From Bdellovibrionota bacterium (GTDB lineage Bacteria; Bdellovibrionota_C; UBA2361; JBGSMV01): a stretch of DNA of 64,000 bases. Position 1 is the stretch's first letter. Each line of letters begins with the position of its first letter. Location: NCBI GenBank assembly GCA_041739995.1, contig JBGSMV010000080.1, positions 34,738 through 98,737 of the forward strand. Reading direction: 5' to 3'. Of the stretch, positions 55,685 to 64,000 are shown piece by piece. The position numbers were made by a program, and so were the translations under genes. Below the pieces are notes generated by a model that saw only the letters and a list, made by a program, of their open reading frames with translations, was not told where the DNA came from and searched no databases.

Positions 55685-57463
55685 GTGTTCGAGCTCGTAT
55701 CGACATCGCCAGCAAGGAGAAGTATCGCGGAGCGTTCGCGCGATATGTCTGGCGCATTCTCAGGCGCAAAGCATCCGTTACTTGGCGCTGAGAGATGGTG
55801 CGCCCTGCCCGGTCATCTCGCACTCCTTTCTGAACATTCAAATGATTCTGCGCCAGTAATTTTTAAGCAAAGTTCTCCCAACAAATCTTCGGCTACCGAA
55901 CAGCCGTCTGCTGCAATTAACCCCGACCAACTAAGTCAGCTGGGTCTCAAGGCGGAACGCCTACTCACTTTTCATCATGCAGAACATGGAAGCGTTTTAG
56001 TAGACCTCGACAGCTCTCGGGTCTTTTCACTTGAAGATTCCGGCATCTTGCGCTGCCGATTTCAGCCTGGCGCTAAGGTTCCCTTCGTACTTCCTGAGAT
56101 TAGAAATCTCAGGGTAACCGAGCTTCCTCACGCTTCGAATGGAAGTGATGACGCTAAGCATCAGTTCTCTACGATAGGCACTACAGCGGCAGTCGCAGCC
56201 ACCGTCGTTCTACTGGCTGGCGCATTTTACGGCCTCTCCCTTCTAAACCGTCCGTCAACGGCACCACAGTCCGACGCACCACAGTCCGGCGCACCACAGT
56301 CCGACACACCACAGTCCGGCGAGGGAGAGACCTCTCGCCCAGAACCCGACGCTTCCGGTCCCGATGTTGCACCACCAGCCATTACTGACCCAGTTGCTGT
56401 CTCGCCTGCAGAGACCGAGACTCCTCTCGTATCACCGAACAGCGGAGAGGCAACTGTTTCTGAGCCCAGCGCACCTCCAGTCTTGACGCCACAAGAAACC
56501 ACACCCGTCCTGACTCTGCCTGAGCCGGTTTTGGTTCCTCAGCAACCGCCCGCACCTGCAGCAACTACAGAAGTAGCGCCAACAGAATCGCCAGCAATTA
56601 AGCCTGAAGTAGTGCCTGCGCCGCCAACGGTTCCCGAGTCTGTGCCGCCGAGCGCCCCCTGGAGCACTGAACTGGTTACGCCACCTACCACCGAAACAAG
56701 CGGCATTGAGGGGCGGGATGCGAGTTGTCCAGAGGTACCGCAGCAGACAACTGCGCCAGCACCACTTCCGGGACCCCTTACGGAACCGCCTACGGTACTT
56801 TGTCCGACTCCACCCCCGCCATTTTCTCCCACACGTCAGTCAGATGTTTCTCCTGGAAGGCCTCATGAAAGTGGTCCTGCATTCTCAGGACTTGGTGTTC
56901 CGCTTGACGACGATCTGCAAGCGTTGCTTGTACCTCAGATTTCATCCGAGGTTCGCCCCCAATCAGGACCAAACTTAGTGATGCCAGACGGCTTCCCGTC
57001 TTTCTTCTTTCGTTCGCATCTTGGATTTCCTCTGCACACCATACCAAACGCCCTACCCAACAACCTCCCCAACATCGGCCCCAACCACGGCCCAGCCGGC
57101 ATTCCTGCCGGGATCTCAGTGCCACTACCTCCGTGGGTTGACGAGCTCTTCCCTTCGCAGCCTGGTCCGATTTCAGAGAATGGCGCCGCACCAGAAAATC
57201 GACTTTTCCAAAGTTGGGTCAGCAAGCAAGAACTAAGCGCCACGAACTTAGGCGTTCAGCTTCCTGACTGGGCTAATTCGCTTTTGGGTGAGCGGTCAGA
57301 AAACCTGCGTGGACCGGCTTTGGCCGCTGGCCCCAAAACCGCTAAGGTTAGACCTCCGAAACACGAAGCGTCTGAGCCAACGTCCTCTCACCCAGAGCAA
57401 TATGACGCAGAAAGAACTCTGCATTCGCCTGTTTCCAGTGCTGAGTTAGTAGGAAGCAAGTAG
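55685..57463 (+). CDS. Hypothetical proline-rich protein with one TM helix and a tandem pentapeptide repeat (APQSD/APQSG)
   Basis: TM segment TTAAVAATVVLLAGAFYGLSLL followed by >350 aa that are Pro/Thr/Ser/Ala-rich. The start choice is uncertain. Confidence 0.45.
   Translation: MFELVSTSPARRSIAERSRDMSGAFSGAKHPLLGAERWCALPGHLALLSEHSNDSAPVIFKQSSPNKSSATEQPSAAINPDQLSQLGLKAERLLTFHHAEHGSVLVDLDSSRVFSLEDSGILRCRFQPGAKVPFVLPEIRNLRVTELPHASNGSDDAKHQFSTIGTTAAVAATVVLLAGAFYGLSLLNRPSTAPQSDAPQSGAPQSDTPQSGEGETSRPEPDASGPDVAPPAITDPVAVSPAETETPLVSPNSGEATVSEPSAPPVLTPQETTPVLTLPEPVLVPQQPPAPAATTEVAPTESPAIKPEVVPAPPTVPESVPPSAPWSTELVTPPTTETSGIEGRDASCPEVPQQTTAPAPLPGPLTEPPTVLCPTPPPPFSPTRQSDVSPGRPHESGPAFSGLGVPLDDDLQALLVPQISSEVRPQSGPNLVMPDGFPSFFFRSHLGFPLHTIPNALPNNLPNIGPNHGPAGIPAGISVPLPPWVDELFPSQPGPISENGAAPENRLFQSWVSKQELSATNLGVQLPDWANSLLGERSENLRGPALAAGPKTAKVRPPKHEASEPTSSHPEQYDAERTLHSPVSSAELVGSK
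56261..56320 (+). repeat. Perfect/near-perfect 15-nt tandem repeat x4 (GCACCACAGTCCGRC) inside the proline-rich gene
   Basis: Read directly: gcaccacagtccgac / gcaccacagtccggc / gcaccacagtccgac / acaccacagtccggc. Confidence 0.8.
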
Positions 57464-57712
57464 CCTTTCGTTATCGCTTCGGTCGAAGACTGCGTGCCTG
57501 CACTTGGCGACGGCTGATTAGCAGAACCGGCACCACCGAAAGCCTACCAAGAAAAACCCGCTACAAGCGCATTTGTACGCACTCGTTAATCTTGCACGTG
57601 TTTCTGGATAATTATCTAAAAAGGGGAAATGAAAGGAGAAATGGCGCAGAAGAGCAGCATGAATTTTCCTCTTCTTGGGAGAACGCCATTATTCACTAGT
57701 ACTCGAAGAAAT

Positions 57713-57791
57713 GAGCGGGCACCCGATCGCCAAAGTGGTCGATCGGGTGCCGCTCATCGAAACACCTCGCTGAGTAGGGAACCCAGCGAGG
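57713..57791. terminator. Two consecutive strong inverted repeats between convergent genes: a 16-17-bp stem (GAGCGGGCACCCGATCG ... CGATCGGGTGCCGCTC, 10-nt loop) and an 8-bp stem (CCTCGCTG-N11-CAGCGAGG). They are a candidate bidirectional terminator or structured RNA
   Basis: Read directly. They are located in a 430-bp gap between the 3' ends of 55685..57463 (+) and 57892..58419 (-), with no clear U-tract. Confidence 0.3.
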
Positions 57792-57891
57792 CGGACCTGA
57801 CCGTGAGAGAACTCAGTTTTTCGCAAGCTAATACCCGAACGGGCTTGAGCTCACTATAACCAAATTCCTGGGGAGGGTGTCAGGCCTCTGA

Positions 57892-58419
57892 TCAGGTGGG
57901 GTCCGGAAGTTCCGAGTCCTTGCGGTGGTTGATGTCGATGTTCCCATCGAGCGTCCCGCGCCAGTCCTCGTCCCAGCGACCCTTGACATCGAGGTCATGG
58001 GCCGTCTTCGGGGTGGTAAGCCCGAAGTAGTACGAGCCTGCCCCGGCCGCCATCCAGGTGTACCCGACATTCGCCAGGTCGCGGAAAAACTGGCCGCGGG
58101 TGACCGCGTCCATGTTGTCCACGATGTACTGCGGGACTCTGTAGAAGTCCGCACTCTGCATGATGTAGACGATTTTCCCGTCAGGGAGACACGTCCGCAC
58201 CATACTCCACCTCGCACCCGTCTCACGGGTGATGAGGAAGTCGAGCCCGATGCCGGTTTCGTTGCCGGTCATCTCGGCGGCAGTCAGCGGACCGCCGTCC
58301 CTGCCTACCGGTTGCGTGATTCCGCAACCGCCTGCGATCAGGGTCAGAGCCCCGATGCCAATGAGTCGAACGAGAGTTGTTGTGGCCACAACAAACTCCT
58401 TTCTGCGCCCGAGGCGCAA
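57892..58419 (-). CDS. Hypothetical lipoprotein (high-GC gene)
   Basis: Lipobox LIAGGC after a hydrophobic N-terminus. Its codon usage is strongly GC3-rich, unlike most of the window. Confidence 0.5.
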   Translation of the reverse strand: MRLGRRKEFVVATTTLVRLIGIGALTLIAGGCGITQPVGRDGGPLTAAEMTGNETGIGLDFLITRETGARWSMVRTCLPDGKIVYIMQSADFYRVPQYIVDNMDAVTRGQFFRDLANVGYTWMAAGAGSYYFGLTTPKTAHDLDVKGRWDEDWRGTLDGNIDINHRKDSELPDPT

Positions 58420-58947
58420 GAGTCTTCATGCCCAGAGTGAAGACCATACTAGTAAAGCGCACGCGCGCTGGGCTTTCTTCTTCCAAGCTACTGTCAAAGG
58501 GCACAGATCGCTTGGAAGGAGAAAGCCCAGCTCAACGCACAAAAAAACCTCATCGTTTTGCCCCGGTATCCAGACCTTCGCGTGAACGCTCGTCTGGAGA
58601 TCAGGGAAACGAGAGAAAGAACCTTAATATGCTGCTCTTCTGCAAATGATTTGGTTGTCTGAAAGATCGACTAAGACGACGAAATTAGGTTTCATACCAT
58701 TGTTAGTCAAACTTTGTTTCAAAAACTCTTGCTTACATTCTGCCCAAGGTATAGACCGAACTGCCCACCTGAACGTTTTTGCCCCCTGGCTTCTAAGTTC
58801 TTTAAATACAGGTGCTTGAGTGTCTATACCGACCCTCAAATCAGAGTAGAGGAGGAGAGTAGCGGCGTGTCGGTCAACCTGAATGAGTAAGGTTGATTCT
58901 TCTGACACGACGTCTGACAGGGGGTCTTTGACCCCAAGGAGGATACC

Positions 58948-59466
58948 GTGAAACGGTTTCCCATTCTGAAGGCTGGAGGATTCATTCCTCTGGTAGTTCT
59001 GGCCATGGCACTCGCAAGCGCCGGTGGCTGTGCAAGCTCGAAGCACTGCAGCAACAACGAGGACTGGCATGCTCGAAACCAGGCCGACCGCGAAGCTGGC
59101 TGGGCTTTGGCACGGCAGGCGCCGTGCAAGGGTGACTGCGGGGGCTGCAATCAGCATCCTCAGCCGCAGCCACAGCCGCCGGTGGTGATCACCAAGCCGT
59201 GCGCCGAGACTGGCTCGGTTCTCGTCGAGGGTGGTGAGTGGACCAAGATCGTCGGTGCCGATATCACCGGCACGATCATGGTCCAGGACTGGACACAGAA
59301 CTGCGACGGCTCGAACCGTTGTCCGGGTGAGCTGAGGTCGTTCCCCGTCAACGGGACGGTCTCAATGCCGGTCACCACTCGAGTCGGTCCGTTCGCGGTT
59401 CCGGTCTCGCTCACCGCGCGGCCTGGCGAGAAGTGTCCGGACTGCGGCACTGTGCACAAGCCGTGA
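58948..59466 (+). CDS. Hypothetical Cys-rich lipoprotein (high-GC gene)
   Basis: GTG start with a perfect AAGGAGG 6 nt upstream. Signal + lipobox LASAGGC. There are ~12 Cys in 150 aa (C-x-C, CGGC, CPDCG). Confidence 0.55.
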   Translation: MKRFPILKAGGFIPLVVLAMALASAGGCASSKHCSNNEDWHARNQADREAGWALARQAPCKGDCGGCNQHPQPQPQPPVVITKPCAETGSVLVEGGEWTKIVGADITGTIMVQDWTQNCDGSNRCPGELRSFPVNGTVSMPVTTRVGPFAVPVSLTARPGEKCPDCGTVHKP

Positions 59467-59813
59467 CGGAAACGGTCAGCGCACTCCGTTAGACTTCGGT
59501 CTTTCGGAACTGTTCAGGACCCCACCGTCACGACCCTGGCCAGGATCGTGATGTAACTCTGGCTGCCGGTTTTTCTCTGGGTTTTTAGACTCAGGGGCCG
59601 GCACGCCGCTGCTCTTCTCCTCTCGCTTTCCTCTACACTTTCGCCGATACGAAAACATCGCAGTTCCTGCGACCGAGCTAACTCACGCAAGCGATTCGCT
59701 ATTTCATCAAGAATCCTCAGTCGTTTTCCTATCTCCCTTCCGTCTTTCTCACGGCATGCCGGTTGCATTAGAAATGTGGAGTGTAGCGGAAAATCGCTCT
59801 TTCTAAATTTTTT

Positions 59814-60623
59814 ATGTGGCCATTCGTATCAAATACTGCTCGCTTTTTTCGGGCACTTGAGAATTCAAATCTCGAGCTATTACAGCGGGCACTTTCGCGT
59901 GGTGCTTCTGCCAATGCACGAAAGCATGGCAAGTCCGCGCTTGCCTATGCGCTGGAACACCGCAGCAATACTGAACTGGTGAAAACATTGCTTGATGCAA
60001 AAGCTGATCCCAATGTCCCACTTCAAGAGGGCCAGACACCGCGCGCATTGCACTATGTATGCAGAAACTTCCCGGAGCGAGATCTACTTGATGCTTTGTT
60101 GATTGCGGGCGCAAACCCAAACGTCGCAATTACAAGTAGCGATCAAGAACTAAATGGCATGACTCCTCTACTGCTTGCCGCCACAAGTTCACTCCCCAAC
60201 ATCGCCGAAAGACTGCGCGTACTTTTAGAAGGCGGAGCAGATGCGCAAGCACGCGACGCTCACGGAAGGACCGCCTTGATGCACCTTGCCTCAGCGCAAA
60301 GAGAACCACGCACTCAAGAGTTGCGCGGTAGATTGAACGAGATTAATGGCGAGCGAGCATCACCAGGCGTTCACTCGTTAGGAAAACGACCTGTCTCAGA
60401 CGAGACTGAAGCGCTCGACGCTCTGCGTCTGTTGCTTGCTGCACGCACTGACATCAGTGCAACAGATAGCCTCGGGCTCTCCGCTCTTGATCATGCGCTG
60501 CTGTCTAAGAACGACGAGTTCGCGATCGCTCTACGCCTGGCTGGAGCACCGCTTTGCCACGACATTGGTCAAGTCGCCCTACCTCTGGATTACGCTCGCA
60601 CCGCACTAAAGAGAGCGATTTAG
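59814..60623 (+). CDS. Ankyrin-repeat protein
   Basis: At least 4-5 ANK repeats (G-TPLh-A...LL--GAD-N motifs: ...KSALAYALEH...LLDAKADPN; GQTPRALHYV...LLIAGANPN; GMTPLLLAA...LLEGGADAQ; GRTALMHLA). Confidence 0.75.
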   Translation: MWPFVSNTARFFRALENSNLELLQRALSRGASANARKHGKSALAYALEHRSNTELVKTLLDAKADPNVPLQEGQTPRALHYVCRNFPERDLLDALLIAGANPNVAITSSDQELNGMTPLLLAATSSLPNIAERLRVLLEGGADAQARDAHGRTALMHLASAQREPRTQELRGRLNEINGERASPGVHSLGKRPVSDETEALDALRLLLAARTDISATDSLGLSALDHALLSKNDEFAIALRLAGAPLCHDIGQVALPLDYARTALKRAI

Positions 60624-60766
60624 TCCTCTCGAACCAACATTTCTCACTCTCTGACCATTTGATTTTTCGATCGAAAACCTAACTCCCCTATACCCTTACA
60701 GATTTGCTCGGCGCCGCACTTGACTAGGATCTCAAGGAGCGTTAACTCAATGATTCTATTTTAAAA

Positions 60767-62515
60767 TTGAGTTTGATTGGCGCTGTTATGAAAACCAACT
60801 GTCCGGTACTCCTCACCCCATGCCCATCGCGCGGCTTTTTTCGTTCGCAATTGAAGGCCGTCCGTTTCCGGATGGCACTTTTCGCTTTGTTGTTTATCGG
60901 CTCGGTCGCAATCAGCTGGACGTCTATTGCTCACGCCACTCCGCAGTGTGGATTTTCAGCTCCACGTGATGTGGTTTTCATGATGGATCTGTCGGGGAGC
61001 CAAACCGCTGACTCCATTCAAGCTCAAAAGGCAGGCATACGCGCTTTTCTTGATCAGTTTCAAACTGCTCCTGTTAAGCCTCACGTCGCTATTGGAACTT
61101 TCAATAGCCACTGCAACTGTACGAATCAACCAGGTTCCTATGACACTTGTTCAAGCGGCGAAATTGAATGCTACGATCCTCCTGTTAACGCGGCACGAAT
61201 TATAGTGCCGCTGTCGACCAACTACACGGCTGCTTACGCCCAGCTCGCAACGGGTTCTGGGATTCTCGGACAAGGTACAGGCGGAAACGGTCGTGGCGGT
61301 TCAGATTTGAAGCGTGCACTCGAAGTGGGAAACGCCCATCTCAGCTCAAATGGTAGCCCAAGCCGAGCTAACTACTTTGTAATGCTTTCAGACGGAAAAC
61401 CTAACTTCCCAGGCTATTATTTGCACCCGCTTTACGGATGCAGCAACTGCAACTGCCCACCCGCAGCTTCTGCCGCTTCAACCGCTGCACAAACAGTGCG
61501 CAACTCCGGTACCGCGATTTTTACCAACTTTGTCGCCACTCCATGCGACGAACAACAGTGTGGTCCATGCAGCAATGGCCAGACCTACCTGAGTTCCCAG
61601 ATCTCTAGTGGCTCAGGATATGCGTTGGTTGGGGCGAGCAATCTCTATCTGATTGCACAAGTAATTTCTGATGTGATCGGATGCAATGACGACTTGTCTT
61701 GCACGGTTGATTCCTGCAACACATCGTCCGGCTACTGCTCGTTTGTAGAAACGCCTCCCGGTGCATGTACTCCTCCAACGGCAACACCGACTCGAACGCC
61801 TACTCGCACGCCGACAAGAACTCCCACGGTCACTCCTACAAGAACTCCTACTAGAACTCCGACTAGGACGGCGACCCATACCGCAACGCACACTCCGATT
61901 CACACCCCCACTCACACCGCTACTCCAACGGTGACACCGACGGGGACGTTCATTCCTCCGCCAACGGCTACTCCAACCGCTGTGGCGACGATCGAAGGCG
62001 GCCAGTGCTCCACTGTAGACGTGCAGGGCTATATACAAGCGCTCACCTACACTACTGGTCAGCAACGTGGGCAAGTGAAGCGTATCGATCGACGTATTAA
62101 GCTTATTCGGGAAAAGTGTTCGAGCATTGAGGCTGCCAATAACTTCGTCGCTCGCACCAATCGTACTGCGAGAAAGCTTGCGTCGGCGAACCTCTCAGAA
62201 GTGGCGCTGCTGCCGCTCTTCACACTTTCTTGTGTTGGCGTTGAGGGCTGCACAAGCTCTATTATTCCATTCAACTCCACCTTGTATTCGAAGAACTCTT
62301 CAACATTCATCCGACTGGTGAAGCAAGCACTGAATTTCGAGAAGGCCTGTAATAGTGGGCCTGGCACCTGTAATGGTTCAGCTAGTGAATGTCTCGAGCG
62401 CTCAAAGCAGAGAGAACGCAACCGTCGCGCAGAAATCAGACAGGCCAAGCGACTCAAGGTCAACAACAGCGTAACCGTATCTTCTCTGCCGACGACTACT
62501 GCTACCTGTCGATAG
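60767..62515 (+). CDS. Secreted/membrane-anchored von Willebrand factor A (vWA) domain protein with a Thr-Pro repeat linker and a Cys-containing C-terminal domain
   Basis: N-terminal hydrophobic segment [21 protein letters not shown], a MIDAS-like DLSGS motif in [14 protein letters not shown], and a (PTRTPT)n linker. Confidence 0.65.
   Translation: MSLIGAVMKTNCPVLLTPCPSRGFFRSQLKAVRFRMALFALLFIGSVAISWTSIAHATPQCGFSAPRDVVFMMDLSGSQTADSIQAQKAGIRAFLDQFQTAPVKPHVAIGTFNSHCNCTNQPGSYDTCSSGEIECYDPPVNAARIIVPLSTNYTAAYAQLATGSGILGQGTGGNGRGGSDLKRALEVGNAHLSSNGSPSRANYFVMLSDGKPNFPGYYLHPLYGCSNCNCPPAASAASTAAQTVRNSGTAIFTNFVATPCDEQQCGPCSNGQTYLSSQISSGSGYALVGASNLYLIAQVISDVIGCNDDLSCTVDSCNTSSGYCSFVETPPGACTPPTATPTRTPTRTPTRTPTVTPTRTPTRTPTRTATHTATHTPIHTPTHTATPTVTPTGTFIPPPTATPTAVATIEGGQCSTVDVQGYIQALTYTTGQQRGQVKRIDRRIKLIREKCSSIEAANNFVARTNRTARKLASANLSEVALLPLFTLSCVGVEGCTSSIIPFNSTLYSKNSSTFIRLVKQALNFEKACNSGPGTCNGSASECLERSKQRERNRRAEIRQAKRLKVNNSVTVSSLPTTTATCR
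61783..61960 (+). repeat. Imperfect short tandem repeats (ACNCCNACNMGNACN) encoding the (T-P-T-R/T-H) linker of the vWA protein
   Basis: Read directly: ...acgcctactcgcacgccgacaagaactcccacggtcactcctacaagaactcctactagaactccgactaggacg... The repeat extends from ~61783 (first acaccgactcgaacgcct unit) to ~61960. Confidence 0.6.
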
Positions 62516-62925
62516 AGATCTCGCGCTCCAAGACATAAGGCCGCGGAGAGGACAGATACTTTTCCTCTCCGCGACTTCCATGCCCCCCGTGTTACAAAAG
62601 GATCTCCAACGGTGACCAAGCACCGCCCACGATACACATCCATTTGTACGGCTGAACGCTTGCGACGCCTAAACAAGAAATGCCGGTCAAGAAAATCCGT
62701 TTCTCCCCTTCGCTCTCTCTGCGGTCTCCTCGCAAACAAAAATTAACCAGAAGGCCTGAAGGACCTAAGAACTCAATTGATGGTTGCGCAAAGCCTTAGT
62801 GGATGAGCCTGCATTCTGGTTAGGATTTTTATCGCGCGGAGATAGGGAAAGAGCGGAGTGTAGGCCAAAACTGTAGCAGGACTCACGTGTATATAGACGG
62901 ATCGCTCGAGTTGCCCAGTCTGGGC

Positions 62926-64000
62926 CTAGAATCCTCGGTATTCGTATCCTACCCGTATAAAATAGCTGCCAAGTTTGCGCCCGTTAATCTGCGGAACAAA
63001 TTCTTCGATCGGTCCAAGTGACTCGAAAAATTCCTCAGTGGCCTGATCGTCTACGTCCGATTTCGTGCGACTGACCATTACCACCGGGTGACCTTGTGTG
63101 TGGTCGACATGAGACCAAAATTGATACATCAAGCTGTACGCGCCTCCAAGCAAGTAGCGCCCTTGGGTCGGCAATGGTACCGCCGCACCAGTGTCGGCTG
63201 CCTGCTTCGCGCGATAAAATCCTACGAGCGATCCGACATAATGCGAGTCAGCTCCCATCACCACCGGCACAATGCCGGTGAGCTGAAACGTCTCCTGCTC
63301 GACTCGCCGCACTTCCGCCGCAAGCGCCTCTCGGCCTAAAAACTTCTTAAAGGATGACGGGTAGTGCAGGGTGCTCCACCCCACTCCAAGTATAAATAGA
63401 AACAAATGCAGGCCACCGACTATCAAAATCACGGTCGCTAACCAACCACGTTGCACCCACGCAAGTGAGCGATCTGCTGACCTCACTCCACTAGATTTTC
63501 TCTGGAAGGCCAGCGCCAGGACCGGCACACACACAAGTAGTGCTGGCCCAAGCCAATTTACCTTGAGCTCTTGAGTGAAACTTGCGTACAGAAACATCAG
63601 TAACGGAGCTCCCGCGAGCGCGAGAACAAAGAGTCGCACTCGTCGATTAAGATTGAAATTCTCAGCGAGGGCAAAGCGTGAGCGAAACTTGGCGGGCAGT
63701 GCAAACACAAACATCCAATACGCACCAATTGGAGTAAGAAGCAGAAGAAAGAAGGCGAGAAACATATGCACACTAAATTCTGAAGCTGCTTCAAAACGCC
63801 TGGCACCTTGAAAGGTGAATGACGCCCACTCATGTTGTTGATTCCAGAACAACACGGGAGAAAATATCAGAAACGCCAAAATTGCGGCACTATAGGGCTG
63901 TGGGCTCCAGAACCACTTACGAGAATCACGATCGAGCAACAAAAACGCGAAGATCCCGGGTCCTAGCAACACCATCGGATACTTCGCGAGCATCCCAAAA
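62926..64000 (-). CDS. 3'-portion of a polytopic membrane protein whose start lies beyond the window end. It is possibly the C-terminal part of a GT-C (ArnT/PMT-like) glycosyltransferase
   Basis: The frame is open to the window edge. It has multiple hydrophobic helices followed by a ~120-aa soluble C-terminal domain. The family assignment is weak. Confidence 0.35.
   Translation of the reverse strand, partial: FGMLAKYPMVLLGPGIFAFLLLDRDSRKWFWSPQPYSAAILAFLIFSPVLFWNQQHEWASFTFQGARRFEAASEFSVHMFLAFFLLLLTPIGAYWMFVFALPAKFRSRFALAENFNLNRRVRLFVLALAGAPLLMFLYASFTQELKVNWLGPALLVCVPVLALAFQRKSSGVRSADRSLAWVQRGWLATVILIVGGLHLFLFILGVGWSTLHYPSSFKKFLGREALAAEVRRVEQETFQLTGIVPVVMGADSHYVGSLVGFYRAKQAADTGAAVPLPTQGRYLLGGAYSLMYQFWSHVDHTQGHPVVMVSRTKSDVDDQATEEFFESLGPIEEFVPQINGRKLGSYFIRVGYEYRGF

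Noticed and set aside
56181-57243. Several minus-strand ORFs (56181..56375, 56227..56502, 56539..56832, 56790..57191, 56935..57243) within the proline-rich gene
   Set aside because: GC-rich, repeat-containing DNA gives long open frames on both strands. These are low-complexity Gly/Arg-rich translations that overlap the longer, TM-containing plus-strand ORF.
62059-62739. 226-aa minus-strand ORF overlapping the 3' end of the vWA gene
   Set aside because: It overlaps a better-supported CDS and has no domain or start signal. It is likely an antisense shadow ORF.
1-64000. tRNA, rRNA, transposase/integrase or IS elements
   Set aside because: None of the intergenic regions I read showed tRNA-like cloverleaf-compatible sequence. 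No ORF showed DDE/tyrosine-recombinase motifs, and the inverted repeats found are short and not flanking a transposase-like ORF.

Overview
This is a 64-kb bacterial chromosomal window of roughly 53-55% GC. It is gene-dense, with many 1-4 nt start/stop overlaps that suggest operons. I recognised no rRNA, tRNA, CRISPR array or transposase.

Positions 1-29.5 kb hold a large glycan-modification locus built around a legionaminic/pseudaminic-acid-type nonulosonic acid (NulO) pathway. Its members are NeuB-like synthase, NeuC-like hydrolysing 2-epimerase, NeuA-like CMP-sugar synthetase, a PtmE-like CBS-nucleotidyltransferase, a DegT aminotransferase, an NAD epimerase/dehydratase, an SDR, a Gfo/Idh/MocA oxidoreductase, the HisH/HisF/WbpG amidotransferase trio, a formyltransferase and five SAM methyltransferases. 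Interleaved with these are activation/transfer genes: a pyruvate-kinase-like::ATP-sulfurylase fusion, a CysC-like P-loop kinase, two sulfotransferase-like proteins, a LicC-like cytidylyltransferase, and the 3' end of a PEP-utilising (phosphohistidine swivel) enzyme at the window edge. This gene set is compatible with sulfation of the sugar. Its first four genes alternatively resemble the Campylobacter O-methyl-phosphoramidate module.

Positions 30-36 kb hold an Rrf2 regulator preceded by a perfect 8-bp inverted repeat, an outer-membrane beta-barrel, a GT4 glycosyltransferase, a possibly NnrS-like multi-pass membrane protein, and Dps with a 16-bp perfect palindrome in its divergent promoter region. 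Positions 37.5-41 kb hold a truncated-ALDH/ALDH pair and DeoC. Positions 41-50 kb look accessory. They contain a wHTH + nucleotidyltransferase pair, a MutS-domain-V ATPase with membrane segments, a metallophosphoesterase::methyltransferase fusion, a 763-aa highly basic Arg/Lys/Glu-rich protein with a partner, AT-rich gaps, and a ~25-nt motif recurring three times in intergenic DNA. Positions 50-54 kb hold GH57, GT4 and glucokinase (alpha-glucan metabolism). Positions 54-64 kb hold lipoproteins, a proline-rich protein with a 15-nt x4 tandem repeat, a double hairpin, a high-GC islet with two Cys-containing lipoproteins, an ankyrin-repeat protein, a vWA protein with Thr-Pro repeats, and a partial membrane protein at the window end.
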